A DNA stretch of 64,000 bases from a virus. Its lineage: Duplodnaviria > Caudoviricetes. Under the pieces are notes generated by a model. The model was given only the letters and a program-made list of their open reading frames with translations, did not search any database and was not told where the DNA came from. The position numbers and the translations under genes are program-made. Location: positions 64,001 through 128,000 of the IMG/VR virus record IMGVR_UViG_2510065010_000001; one strand, written 5' to 3'. Below, in pieces: positions 37,028-47,447 of the stretch. The first letter of the stretch is position 1. Every line of letters begins with the position of its first letter.

Positions 37028-37113
37028 CCGTAAATGCCCAGTTATATGTGAGCACTCAACAGCACTGCATTTGTGGAAGAGTAAAGACGTGAAATTTATG
37101 TCACTTTGTCCTA

Positions 37114-37890
37114 ATGAATACGTTTACACTGCCAGCCGATCGGCTACCATCAAAAGCCTTTTCGTTGAGTTTTAAGGAGCCAACGTTTAGAGATAGAAGA
37201 GAAGTCAGCGCTGCATATCCTACTAAAGAAACACGACCTGGTTATTCTTTAGATGAGTTGTTGTTTGCTACGTCCATTACTGCTGTAAATGGTATAGAAC
37301 TTACTCAGTCTGCACCTCGTGATCCTATCGAGCTGTTGAAAGAAATGCCACAAGCCGATGAACAGTATGCGCTTATGGTCTTTTTATCAATGTTCACTTT
37401 AGATGAAGAGTTGGAAAAAAGCTCTCGTCAACTAGGAACTGCATTTAAGACCTTATTAGACGTGCAGCATACGATCAAAAAGGATCAGATGCCTCGTCAA
37501 AAGTTCAGTGTTACTTTTCGCAAACTAGTTTCTGGACAACGGATGGCACTGGAGCGGCATTATCCTGGACTTGACTCAAACTGTGGTTACTCGTTCGATG
37601 AGATGTTGTTAGCAGCATCAATAACTCATGTAGACGGACATCCGGTTGAACCTGTTAGCAATGCTCGTGACATTATTGGTCGTCTTGATGGCTGGAGTCA
37701 TCTTGACGCACAGTTTGTGTCAAATGTATTTTTGAATGCTGTAACTATTGATAAGCAAGAAGCTCAAGATGCTAAAGACTTGGGAAAGTTACTACTTCAG
37801 GGTACCCAAGAGGAGCTTATTGCCGTTGGTGCTCAAACCTCTGGCAAGCGCGGCAAAGCGTCCTCTCAAGAGTCTGTAACAGCGACTTAA
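37114..37890 (+). CDS. tail assembly chaperone-like protein (gpG analogue) with internal duplication
   Basis: Two similar halves (GYSLDELLFATSITAVNG / GYSFDEMLLAASITHVDG); G-GGA-AAG slippery site at 37782-37788. Confidence 0.6.
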   Translation: MNTFTLPADRLPSKAFSLSFKEPTFRDRREVSAAYPTKETRPGYSLDELLFATSITAVNGIELTQSAPRDPIELLKEMPQADEQYALMVFLSMFTLDEELEKSSRQLGTAFKTLLDVQHTIKKDQMPRQKFSVTFRKLVSGQRMALERHYPGLDSNCGYSFDEMLLAASITHVDGHPVEPVSNARDIIGRLDGWSHLDAQFVSNVFLNAVTIDKQEAQDAKDLGKLLLQGTQEELIAVGAQTSGKRGKASSQESVTAT

Positions 37891-38279
37891 TACCATTAAC
37901 GTACTTTTTGACGCAACAGCTTGAGAAACACTCAATCTGGGAAAAATCCAGTTCCTATCTTGACAATGTTTTAACAGACCAAGATATTGCAAATCTTGTT
38001 TGGCAAAGGGATGATGCCGCCAAAAAACTTTCTCAAAAATTGGGTATAGACGTTTGGGTTTCTGTTAACCAATACGTGACGATCTCATGGGAAACCTGGC
38101 ATGACCTGGACGATTTAACAAAACGTGCAATCGGTCTTGAAATTGAAGCATTAGCACAGGACAAACAGAAAGCTGTGCGAGAGCAAGAAAGCAAATTGGA
38201 AAACTTAATAACTAAAGATTCTTTAGCACTTAAGTTTCCAAATCAAACCAACAGCTCTATCGGTAGGTTCATGAGTTAA
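37782..38279 (+). CDS. -1 frameshift extension (gpGT analogue); includes ORF 37908..38279
   Basis: The -1 frame opens just after TAA at 37773 and runs without a stop from the slippery site into ORF 37908..38279. Confidence 0.6.
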   Translation, partial: GKVTTSGYPRGAYCRWCSNLWQARQSVLSRVCNSDLIPLTYFLTQQLEKHSIWEKSSSYLDNVLTDQDIANLVWQRDDAAKKLSQKLGIDVWVSVNQYVTISWETWHDLDDLTKRAIGLEIEALAQDKQKAVREQESKLENLITKDSLALKFPNQTNSSIGRFMS

Positions 38280-38281
38280 TA

Positions 38282-39799
38282 ATGTATCAAGGTCAGAGTA
38301 AAGTTCTGGAACTTGTTGATGTTCCATTTAATCCTAATAGTCGCCCCCGCAACAAGTTAAAACAGCTAGGCGACTACAAGTCCATTGCTGGACACTACAG
38401 ACGACCGATGGCTCAACGTCTGTTGGAATTTGAGCAAATTGCTCTGTTTGACACAACAGTTTCGTATGTTCTCTTTATCCTGATTGACACGTTAATTTCT
38501 CTACTGGGTCCAATTGAGCATCCTGATAAAGAAATTAGGGATTTCCTTAGAGAAAATATTGATGTGCTAGGTGGATTGCCTGGTGCAAAAAATGAAGATG
38601 AGGAAAAGTCTAACAGCGATTTTAAGTCGAGTCAGATTTATCAAGCGCTTTACCGAGCAATACACTGTTCATTGTGGGCTGGGTTTTCAACCTCAGAAGT
38701 TCTTTACACAGTTAATAAAGGGCGACTTTTTATTGAAGATTTTCTAACCTACCACCCGGCAACAATCATAGTGAGACCGAATAAAAAAGGTAGGTTAACA
38801 GAGGGAGAACCTACTCATGAACACCGTCCGTCTGGAATATACCAGCAGACTGGACTGTTAAATTACGCTTCCCCCGGTGAGACGCAGTTACCGTTATGGA
38901 AAACTGTTCATCTTCCCAGACTTTCTTTTTATGGAAACTACTACGGCACTTCCGCAATTGAACCTATTTATAAGTGGCATCTATTAAAAGAAGCTTTCAT
39001 AGACATGCAAGCGATCGCATTAGATCGTAGCGGAACTCCAATTGTTGCCATAACGATTCCAGTGTACAACACCAATCAGACAGAAGTTGACCCAGTTACA
39101 GGAGAAGAACGTCAACTTACAACTCAAGAGATTTTAGAGCGGCAGACTCAAACTCAAAACTTCGGTGGAGGTGGAAACCTATTACTTTTGCCTCAGTTTG
39201 ATGAAAAGTTACCTCCTAAAGCCCAAGTACTAACATCAGGCTCAAACGTCGGTGAATCTTTCGAAATTGGGATTGATCGATGTGACAGAGAACTTGCAAA
39301 AGGATTGTGGGTACCTTTTGTGTTATTTCCCTTTGGCAATAGGGTTGAAGGAATGTCTGATACTTATCGGGCAATGGAACTCTTTAACCGCATAATAGTT
39401 AATCTTCACAGGCAGTTTATCCACCCATTAGTCTCACAAAGTTTTCATCAATGTGTAAAGCAGAATTTTAGTAGAGAATCCGCAAACATTGCCCCTTGGT
39501 TTCCAATACGGCAAACCACCCGACCAGAAGACCGTGTGGCATTGATGCAAATGATTTCAGGTTTAACTGACCGTGGTTACTTTAATCCTCTTAACGACCA
39601 AGATTGGCTAATGGTGCGTGAGATGGTAGATGCAATATCTCGTGCGCCAAATGATGTTGACCGCAAATTTATTAATGACATGATTATTGTGCCTAAGCAA
39701 CCTGCACCGGGCGGTTCCTCTAAAGGTTCAGTTAGAGGTAAAGGTGTAGGAGCCGGAAGACCAACGGGAACTTCAGCTCCTAAATCCAATAAGAGTTAA
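38282..39799 (+). CDS. portal protein (DUF935/Mu gp29-like)
   Basis: LWAGFSTSEVLY, NYYGTSAIEPIYKW..K..LDRSGTP, IDRCDRELAKGL; lies before protease and capsid genes. Confidence 0.85.
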   Translation: MYQGQSKVLELVDVPFNPNSRPRNKLKQLGDYKSIAGHYRRPMAQRLLEFEQIALFDTTVSYVLFILIDTLISLLGPIEHPDKEIRDFLRENIDVLGGLPGAKNEDEEKSNSDFKSSQIYQALYRAIHCSLWAGFSTSEVLYTVNKGRLFIEDFLTYHPATIIVRPNKKGRLTEGEPTHEHRPSGIYQQTGLLNYASPGETQLPLWKTVHLPRLSFYGNYYGTSAIEPIYKWHLLKEAFIDMQAIALDRSGTPIVAITIPVYNTNQTEVDPVTGEERQLTTQEILERQTQTQNFGGGGNLLLLPQFDEKLPPKAQVLTSGSNVGESFEIGIDRCDRELAKGLWVPFVLFPFGNRVEGMSDTYRAMELFNRIIVNLHRQFIHPLVSQSFHQCVKQNFSRESANIAPWFPIRQTTRPEDRVALMQMISGLTDRGYFNPLNDQDWLMVREMVDAISRAPNDVDRKFINDMIIVPKQPAPGGSSKGSVRGKGVGAGRPTGTSAPKSNKS

Positions 39800-40407
39800 A
39801 CCATCTTTGCAGTATCTTGGAAGGCAAGCCGATCACTTAAATAGTAGTCCACTATTTTTAAGTGTATGCACTTAAACCCTGGAACATACTTCCCTACTTC
39901 AATAAATTGCTGACAATCACAATGATTTGGAGTACATCGTCTTCGTGCCCCAGACGGAGTGTTAATTATGATATGCGACCCAATTAATTCCGTTATAGTG
40001 TAGCCTTCATAAACTGCTCGTGCTACTAAAAGTAAATCGTAGTGCTCTTGAACATTTGCAATCGCCCTTAATTTTTTCTGCTTCTTTTTACCTCTAAACC
40101 AGTAGAGGAGTAACCAATCATCCCCAGTTTCAATTAAAGATGCTGACTCCATAGCGGTTAAGAAGCTTTCCGCTAAAACAAGTCTTACAAAGCATTCTTC
40201 AAAATCTTCTAAGCTCTTTCCTTTTAAAGACGCAGATATTTGATAGCGTCTTGCATATTCTTTCCAATTGTCTGGTAGTGGCAAGCTTAGTTTTTTACCG
40301 TCTTGCAAGATCACTTGCATCGTGTCTTGTGTTACTTCGGTTTTTGTAATGGATAAAGAATCCTGTAAATGTTCTAAGACTAAAAGGGTAGCTAACGAGT
40401 AATCCAC
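39796..40407 (-). CDS. SWIM-type zinc-finger protein
   Basis: CDC..F..CIH near the C-terminus. Confidence 0.65.
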   Translation of the reverse strand: MDYSLATLLVLEHLQDSLSITKTEVTQDTMQVILQDGKKLSLPLPDNWKEYARRYQISASLKGKSLEDFEECFVRLVLAESFLTAMESASLIETGDDWLLLYWFRGKKKQKKLRAIANVQEHYDLLLVARAVYEGYTITELIGSHIIINTPSGARRRCTPNHCDCQQFIEVGKYVPGFKCIHLKIVDYYLSDRLAFQDTAKMV

Positions 40408-40510
40408 GTAACCTTTAACTCCGAAGTATTGCTATAACGCCATTAAAATTGAGCAGCCTTGCGCTCTTGATTTCCCTAAAGTGTTAGAGAGAAATAAATC
40501 TCCCTAACTT

Positions 40511-42289
40511 ATGATTTCTGACAGCCAGCTGATTGCTGACTTGGTGATGAATAGTGTTAATGTCAAGCCTGACCTTATGGAAATACAGGCTGGACAACCT
40601 GTAAACCAAGTTGTTAATCAAACACCACAACCACAATCTTTGTCTCTGCCGGATGAAGTACTTACTGTAGCATCTACAGATAAGCTAAATAGTACTATAA
40701 ATGTTGACGCTCAAACACATCTAAGTCACGAATCTGATTCGGAAAAATTATCTATTTCGATTGGTGGTCATTGGTCGGATAGTAACAGCCAGTTAGCAGG
40801 CAACTTTCCGTTTTCTAAAATGTGGAGAGCTGCAAGATTTATCTCATGTGTCTTGTCAGAAGCGTCTGATTCTAAGTACCACCGTCTTTCTCTTGCTCTA
40901 AATTCCAGCGATGATAGTTCAGACTCAGACTGGGTTGTAACAGCTAATTTCAAGTATGAGTCGGAAGTTTCAGATACAGAGCTTTTGTTAGCTCACTATG
41001 CTAGCTATATTCATTTAAGAATCGGAGCTTTGCCTAGTTACTACGACGAGTACTACGCAAATCCTACTTCTCAGAATCAAGATGAACTTAATAAGTTAGC
41101 TGAATCTCTTCGATCCGATGCTATTAAACTGACTCAAAAAACTGAAGATGAGAGTTTCACCTGGGTTCAGAAATTAGCCGGACAACCTTTGGGCGTAGAC
41201 TCTTCCAAACGACTTATTAAGGTTCCATTCTGTGTTCTCGGCTCTTGGAGCCATCCGGTTTATGAAACGGTTAGTTTCACACAGAATGACTTTGACAACA
41301 TGAAGCAAAACTTTGCCAATGGTGAAGTTGGGTTTGAACCCCCCTTATTTCTAGGTCATCCGATTGATACGGATACTATGGAGGGTCATGCTGCAGAAGC
41401 CTTCTTACAAGAAATTGTTCAGGAAGGGAACGTACTTAGCGGCATCTTCGAGACGGTTTCTGACGAAACATATGCAGCGGTAGCGTTAGGGCGCTACCGC
41501 TATAGCAGTGGTGAGTTCATAAGAAATTGGCAGTCAAAGAGTAACGGTAAATCTGTTGGTACTGTGCTGATTGGAGTAGCACTAACAAATAGACCATTCT
41601 TGCCAAATTTGCCTCGCGTGAGTGCCCTGTCTGCTCCTTTGGAGTCTAGGGTGTCTCTAACTTTTCAACTTACAAACCCAGATTTAGTCCAACATATGAC
41701 TACCCAAACTTCTCCTGAAAAGCAACAGGAGCAGACATCTGTTGCTGCTTCACAACCCGTTCAATCGCCTTCACCAACACAAACACAGGACTTGTCAATG
41801 ACAACAGAACTTGAACAGTTCAAGAACTTAGTAAACCAACAGTTTACAGATCTTAAACAGTCTTACACACAACAGTTTGAAGCTCAAAAGCAGGAATTGG
41901 CGGCAGCTATTGCTCGTCTTACAACTGCAGAAGCCGAAAAGCAAGATTTAGCTACACGTCTTGCTGCAGCTGAAGAAAAGTTAAAAGCAACAGAAGTAAA
42001 CGCCAAACTTGCTGAGCTTGAAGCTTTGACCTTACCTGTTGAAGTGAAAGAGAAGTATAGCGAACTCATCAAGAACGGAACCCTTGGTGAGCAAGAGTCT
42101 GTTGTGATGGAAACGCTCAAACAGATGAGCCTTACTCGTGTGCAAGAAGCGACTACTCAACACGGGACTGTCACTGCAACACAAGCACTCAATGATCCAA
42201 ACGTTCAAGACCCTTATGCCTCAGTAATTGAGCGTAACCAACAGCTTGCAAAAGCCAAAGAAAAAGCGTTGATGTCTTTGCTTAGCTAA
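40511..42289 (+). CDS. prohead protease/scaffold (Mu I-like)
   Basis: PPLFLGHP, YRYSSGEF, LIGVALTNRPFLPNL, then a coiled-coil scaffold-like C-terminus. Confidence 0.85.
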   Translation: MISDSQLIADLVMNSVNVKPDLMEIQAGQPVNQVVNQTPQPQSLSLPDEVLTVASTDKLNSTINVDAQTHLSHESDSEKLSISIGGHWSDSNSQLAGNFPFSKMWRAARFISCVLSEASDSKYHRLSLALNSSDDSSDSDWVVTANFKYESEVSDTELLLAHYASYIHLRIGALPSYYDEYYANPTSQNQDELNKLAESLRSDAIKLTQKTEDESFTWVQKLAGQPLGVDSSKRLIKVPFCVLGSWSHPVYETVSFTQNDFDNMKQNFANGEVGFEPPLFLGHPIDTDTMEGHAAEAFLQEIVQEGNVLSGIFETVSDETYAAVALGRYRYSSGEFIRNWQSKSNGKSVGTVLIGVALTNRPFLPNLPRVSALSAPLESRVSLTFQLTNPDLVQHMTTQTSPEKQQEQTSVAASQPVQSPSPTQTQDLSMTTELEQFKNLVNQQFTDLKQSYTQQFEAQKQELAAAIARLTTAEAEKQDLATRLAAAEEKLKATEVNAKLAELEALTLPVEVKEKYSELIKNGTLGEQESVVMETLKQMSLTRVQEATTQHGTVTATQALNDPNVQDPYASVIERNQQLAKAKEKALMSLLS

Positions 42290-42341
42290 TTTTTTTAATT
42301 CCGTAACCGTTCCCAGCGTACTAATTCCTGACTGATAAATT

Positions 42342-43652
42342 ATGGTAACAACTATTCAGCCGACGACAACTCCCTATGAATATGTGGGTGATGTGCCTGC
42401 ACTAGGGTCTTTGCAGCTAACTCGTTTAGCTAAATCATTTGAAGAAATAGACTCCCAAGGATTAGAAGATCTTTTTCCAACCGTTCAGTCTGAAGAGCGT
42501 ACTGTCGTTATTGAGACGATGCGTGAAGGTTTAGGAATTATGCCTATCGTTCAGATGGGTGTTCCTGCCGGAAACTTCCTAGAACCTGAGCGTGTAGAAA
42601 GACGTTACGTTCAACCCGTATTTTTGCGGGAAGACGATTTCGTTGACCAGGCGTTGATTAACCAACTTCGTAAGGTTGGAACTCTCAATGAAAAAGATCC
42701 TCCTTTACAGATTATTCAGCGTCGTGTTCAGCGACTAGTTAATCGCCACAACCGGACTCGAAATTTGCTGCAAGCAATGTGCTTACAGGGAGGTATTAAC
42801 TACACGGACCCTCGCACAAAAGCCACAATTAACGTTAGTACTCAAATTCCCACGCACAACTACTTCCGATACGACGGGTGGGATGCAACTCTAGCTTCTG
42901 GTGCTGCGATTGGCACTACTGGCTACGTTGCAGCTAAAAACTTGACGAACAACAAAGGACGTAAGGAAGCATTACTGTTTACAGATAAATCTGGTCGGGC
43001 GGGTGTTCCCTGGTCCCACCCACAAGCAGATCTAGTCCGGTGCTTACGTTTTCTACGACAGTATTGCTACAACAGCAACAAAGTGTTGCTCACGGACATG
43101 GTTATGTCCCGTGATTTGTACACTGTCATTCAAGAGAACGAAATCATTCAAGCTCAGATGGGTAGCGTCGGAGTCATAACGGTTCCAGGTGGAACAAACG
43201 GGGCAGTTAATGAAATTGCAGCAGCTTCGTCTCGTGTAACACCTCCAAGTATCCGCTTTGACAGTGCTGGAGATGTTCAGTCGATTGCAGGGTTGAACAT
43301 TCGTCTGATCGACTCAATGTATCGAGATCCTGTCGATAATGTCATTAAAAAGATGTGGCCATCTAACTTGGTGGCTGTGATTGCTAGATCACATCATCAA
43401 GACCGTAGTGCATCTCTTGGTCAGACAATGGAACCAGTTGGAGAATCTCCAGATGGAACTGCAGGTCTGTGGATGCGTACTGGTCCTGACCAAATGCCAC
43501 CTGCTGTACCTGGTAGAGCAATGCAGCTTGGCAACTGCTTCCTCCCATACGTAACTTATCCTCAGTGGATTATGTTACTGACCGTTGCCGATACCGGAAT
43601 GATCGATGAAACTCTCATCTTGCGTTCTGACCTTGAATACGGCACGTTCTAG
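42342..43652 (+). CDS. major capsid protein (HK97 fold, gpE-like)
   Basis: Position after the protease; LEDLFP..GIMPIVQMG, RTRNLLQAMCLQGG, C-terminal FLPYVTYP. Confidence 0.85.
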   Translation: MVTTIQPTTTPYEYVGDVPALGSLQLTRLAKSFEEIDSQGLEDLFPTVQSEERTVVIETMREGLGIMPIVQMGVPAGNFLEPERVERRYVQPVFLREDDFVDQALINQLRKVGTLNEKDPPLQIIQRRVQRLVNRHNRTRNLLQAMCLQGGINYTDPRTKATINVSTQIPTHNYFRYDGWDATLASGAAIGTTGYVAAKNLTNNKGRKEALLFTDKSGRAGVPWSHPQADLVRCLRFLRQYCYNSNKVLLTDMVMSRDLYTVIQENEIIQAQMGSVGVITVPGGTNGAVNEIAAASSRVTPPSIRFDSAGDVQSIAGLNIRLIDSMYRDPVDNVIKKMWPSNLVAVIARSHHQDRSASLGQTMEPVGESPDGTAGLWMRTGPDQMPPAVPGRAMQLGNCFLPYVTYPQWIMLLTVADTGMIDETLILRSDLEYGTF

Positions 43653-43687
43653 TTTTAATAAGCATTTGGAAATTTAGGAGATTATTA

Positions 43688-44389
43688 ATGAGTGCCACAT
43701 CAGGACAACGGTTTGATTATCAGGCATACACTGAGGGTCAGCGTGGTGGTCTGAGTCTTTATCCGTACTGCGGAATTATTAACGGTTTACAAGTCAGTAC
43801 CGTTGCTATCGCAGGTACAGGCAACGTGAACTTGACAATGAACGTGTCAGCGGGTGCTGCAAGACTTGATGGACAATACTGTTCACTAGCTGCTGGAATT
43901 ACGACTTTGGTTCTTCCAGTAGGATTAGACTTAAACGTAGGCGACTACACATTTAATGTTTGGCTGAACGCAAGACGCCTGGTTCCTGCACAAGCTTCTG
44001 CGCCAGGTGCGCCTGCTACAAATGATAAATACATCAAGGTAGTAGATAAAGGGTCATATCTAGAGGTAGATGATATTCTCTACTACACTGGAAGTGTGTG
44101 GGCTAAATATAACGCTATATCAGGACCCCCTGCATTGCAAGGACATAACAACCTTCCTCTTAACGAGGTCAATGCGACCATCCACAACGCAACATCCAGT
44201 AACCAATCTTTTGCACTCACAGCAGAAAAGCCTGTTTACCACAAGACAAATTATCCTGTGGGTTTATCATCACCTGGAGCCGCTTACTTAAGACAGCCAG
44301 CAGCCATAAAAATTGCGACAATTAATATCGCTAACGGCGGTACTATCACGTCTACCATTTATGGTGATGAAGTTCGCATTCCAATTTAG
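43688..44389 (+). CDS. virion structural protein (head decoration-like)
   Basis: AGGAG SD; GIINGLQV..VSAGAARLDG beta-rich; follows the capsid gene. Confidence 0.55.
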   Translation: MSATSGQRFDYQAYTEGQRGGLSLYPYCGIINGLQVSTVAIAGTGNVNLTMNVSAGAARLDGQYCSLAAGITTLVLPVGLDLNVGDYTFNVWLNARRLVPAQASAPGAPATNDKYIKVVDKGSYLEVDDILYYTGSVWAKYNAISGPPALQGHNNLPLNEVNATIHNATSSNQSFALTAEKPVYHKTNYPVGLSSPGAAYLRQPAAIKIATINIANGGTITSTIYGDEVRIPI

Positions 44390-44409
44390 TAAGTTAATAA
44401 GTAACCACT

Positions 44410-44910
44410 ATGACCACATATAGATTTTTAGTTAAAACACAAACGTCTGTTATTGTAAACGGTCAGCGTCGAACGTTTAACTCAGTCGGAGAAGTTGCAG
44501 AGTTTCCTGAAGACATTGGGCGTTTAATTCAACAACGACAAGTCTCTGGTAGTGAACACCTTGATTTTATTGGGTTTCACCCACCAGATGATTCAGTTAT
44601 TCCTCTATCGGCTCCAACTACTCCTACTACTGATGAATTAAATGTCAACGAGGAAGAGGAGGAAGAGAAAAACATTGAAGAAGAGGAGCAAAGTCTAGAT
44701 GCTGACGAAGATAAATCATCTGGATCAGATGATCAGACTATCATAATTCCTTTAGATGCCAATGCTCATTGGAGTACTGTTCGTTCCTTCGTTTTAGACA
44801 TGGAACAAGAGGAACAGTATGAGATGATTGCAGCAGTTAAAGCCGCATATGACTATCCAAAGGTTAAAGAAGAGTGCGATCGTATCTTGAAGAAAGCTGG
44901 TCGTATTTAA
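44410..44910 (+). CDS. hypothetical protein with acidic linker
   Basis: 166-aa ORF in the head operon. Confidence 0.65.
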   Translation: MTTYRFLVKTQTSVIVNGQRRTFNSVGEVAEFPEDIGRLIQQRQVSGSEHLDFIGFHPPDDSVIPLSAPTTPTTDELNVNEEEEEEKNIEEEEQSLDADEDKSSGSDDQTIIIPLDANAHWSTVRSFVLDMEQEEQYEMIAAVKAAYDYPKVKEECDRILKKAGRI

Positions 44911-44928
44911 CATACTCGTACTTCAGCG

Positions 44929-44959
44929 ACCGACTAAGCTTAAATTTGGTCGGTTTTTT
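44929..44959 (+). terminator. intrinsic terminator after the head genes
   Basis: ACCGACTAA..TTGGTCGGT followed by a T-run. Confidence 0.7.
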
Positions 44960-44961
44960 AA

Positions 44962-46575
44962 ATGGATTTTACTGACAGATTTATTATTGCAACACCTGCT
45001 CTTTCTGGCGTGGACTTAGAAACACTAACAGATGAACAGCTGGAAACACTTTCTCCGCCTGTCAAAGATTTTTCTAGGATGGTGCGGGAGTACTCTGCAC
45101 TGCTTTCTAGAAAAGGTTCTAAAAGTATCTATTTAATATGCACAGAGCAGGTAGACCCACGAATTGCTCTGGTTTTAGCTGGTGCAAGAGATAAAGTAGG
45201 TGTCAGATTGTTTCCAGACTTAAACTCTGTTAAACAAGTAATGTTTGGGAAAACGGACCCTTCTGAATCGGCATTTGTCAATGCTGAACGTAACATGTTT
45301 ACACAAGGGGTTCGGCGTATTGCGGCTGCTCTAACGGCTGCTTTATTAATTGGACAACTTGCTCAAATCGAAGAGCAAGCAAAACATTCTGAGTTTTTAG
45401 AAAAATCAGCCTTAGCTGACCTTCAACGACTTCTAGAAGTCCCGGACATTGCTGTTGCTACAGCACAAAAACTAGAAGGTGAAGGAGAAGTCAAGTCTTT
45501 TTTCTTTCAGCCATTTTCTTTGGAGTTAGGTTCTAGAATTCTTCGAGCAGAATTCTTCATGCCATCGACAACTACATCGACTTGGCAGATAGTTAACAAC
45601 TATACGGGTAAATTTACTACTGCAAGAATCGTTGCAGATCTAGCTGATGCGATTAACTCTTACACTCTCACCCAACAAACGAGCAATATCATCGCAGCTC
45701 CTATCCTTGGTGACGAAAGTACACTCTACAAAATTGAATTTAAGGCGAGACACCGAGATGCCTCTATCGCCTGTGAAGTCATTACGGCAAGGTTTACATT
45801 TACCGACAATCCCAATGAACCTCTCCCATTCAAATGGGGAGTTAGTCCAGCCGGATTAAACGACCAGTTTATCAACTCGTTACTTTTAGCTGTTCAACAA
45901 GGAAAAGCATCGGTTGTTGGTGTCACTGCAGCAGATAGAGAGCGTGGCGAACCAACTGTTTTGTACTTCAAACGAGCACCTAAAAACTCTAACGGAGATA
46001 TTCTGGACTATGAAGGGGACGTAATTTCTTCCTCTATTTGGGGTGCTCAAGGTAATCTTACATTCCGAGTCTCACCCATGATGGATGAGAATGTAACTCT
46101 GCCTGTGCCTTACCTGACAAATGTTGATGCTATTCAACAAACAAAGTTAGATGCTATGCGTCCAAATCAGGTGGCAGAGCTGTTATTAAATCAGTTATTT
46201 CAGATTAAAGGGGACACGTTGGCGTTAGGGGCGTTGATAAGAAATGACTATCCAGACAATATCAACGCGCTAGTTGCCTTAGAATTAATACCTTTCTCAG
46301 TGACCAATCCAGAAGCCTGGTTAATTTTAGATTTAATTGATATTCCACAGGATATTTTGGTTGCTGTAGGAAATCTACAAGCACCGTTAACACCCTTTAG
46401 TTCTAAACCTCGTTCTGTTCGCGTGGAGTCCAAATTTTACGCTGCGCTTGCTCAAAATATTCGGACTACGAATCAACAAGTAACTGCAGTTCCTAAAGTG
46501 GTTAAGTCTCCTATTTCTGACAGGTTGCAAGCAGTTAGAGATGACTCCACTTATAGAGTCTTACGCAGACTATGA
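44962..46575 (+). CDS. virion protein, probable neck/head-tail connector
   Basis: 537-aa ORF; called from position only. Confidence 0.5.
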   Translation: MDFTDRFIIATPALSGVDLETLTDEQLETLSPPVKDFSRMVREYSALLSRKGSKSIYLICTEQVDPRIALVLAGARDKVGVRLFPDLNSVKQVMFGKTDPSESAFVNAERNMFTQGVRRIAAALTAALLIGQLAQIEEQAKHSEFLEKSALADLQRLLEVPDIAVATAQKLEGEGEVKSFFFQPFSLELGSRILRAEFFMPSTTTSTWQIVNNYTGKFTTARIVADLADAINSYTLTQQTSNIIAAPILGDESTLYKIEFKARHRDASIACEVITARFTFTDNPNEPLPFKWGVSPAGLNDQFINSLLLAVQQGKASVVGVTAADRERGEPTVLYFKRAPKNSNGDILDYEGDVISSSIWGAQGNLTFRVSPMMDENVTLPVPYLTNVDAIQQTKLDAMRPNQVAELLLNQLFQIKGDTLALGALIRNDYPDNINALVALELIPFSVTNPEAWLILDLIDIPQDILVAVGNLQAPLTPFSSKPRSVRVESKFYAALAQNIRTTNQQVTAVPKVVKSPISDRLQAVRDDSTYRVLRRL

Positions 46576-47447
46576 CACGTATTTTTCCCACGCCACGACA
46601 ACTTGTTTTGGGCACGATCGTTGCCCTAGCAAGTCACCCACGAATACAAAATCCGGGTATATATTACATTGGTAGCAACACGGAAGAAAAGATAGTTTCG
46701 TGGAGGTCTTATGGTGGCTACGAACTAGAGGAAGAAGGGCTGGTTTGTTCAGTTTATCCAGCATACTCATCGAGAACGACGGCTGGTTCTGCACCCCCAT
46801 TAGGAAAACAAAAATCTATCCAAATAGAACCATACAATTTAGGTTCTAGAATGGATGCTTCTTCGCTAGAACAAGGCACTTACAACTTAATTGTGGAGCT
46901 TTCATACCGAGATGCTAACTTAGGAGAAATCGTTAAATTAGGCTACGATTTTATTCAATCTACGGATGGAATTCCTCCACTAAATACACCTCACGGCACT
47001 AATGTGATGCCGCACGAAGGAACTTCACTTAATTTAGCTTCAGAAGATTTAACTGCTTTTCAAGCAGAACCGCAAGGGTTGCAACGTCAGTTTCAAACTG
47101 TAGAAATTAAAGTCAGTCCGGCAGAAGAGTTGCTAAGAGAGTACACAGAATTATTACGTTTGGTGTTAAACGATATACCACATATTCGCCCTTACACAAT
47201 TCGCTCTTCGAGAGTCGTAACTATTGATTTTCCTACATCTGCTTGGACAAGAGAATCTGAAGATCTTTTGTTCCACACAGCGTATATTCATTGGGAACTA
47301 ACTTTGTATCCTCCCGGAAGCTGGAAGGATGTTTACTTTATGCCTGTGACTTCGATTTCTGCAACAGCTCAATCGGAGCAGCAGCAAATATTATCTCCTT
47401 ACTATTACGTTCAATTAGGGGATGGGACTAATCTAAGAATTCTTTGA
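46572..47447 (+). CDS. probable tail completion/terminator protein
   Basis: 291 aa, before the sheath gene; called from position and a beta-rich pattern. Confidence 0.45.
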   Translation: MTRIFPTPRQLVLGTIVALASHPRIQNPGIYYIGSNTEEKIVSWRSYGGYELEEEGLVCSVYPAYSSRTTAGSAPPLGKQKSIQIEPYNLGSRMDASSLEQGTYNLIVELSYRDANLGEIVKLGYDFIQSTDGIPPLNTPHGTNVMPHEGTSLNLASEDLTAFQAEPQGLQRQFQTVEIKVSPAEELLREYTELLRLVLNDIPHIRPYTIRSSRVVTIDFPTSAWTRESEDLLFHTAYIHWELTLYPPGSWKDVYFMPVTSISATAQSEQQQILSPYYYVQLGDGTNLRIL

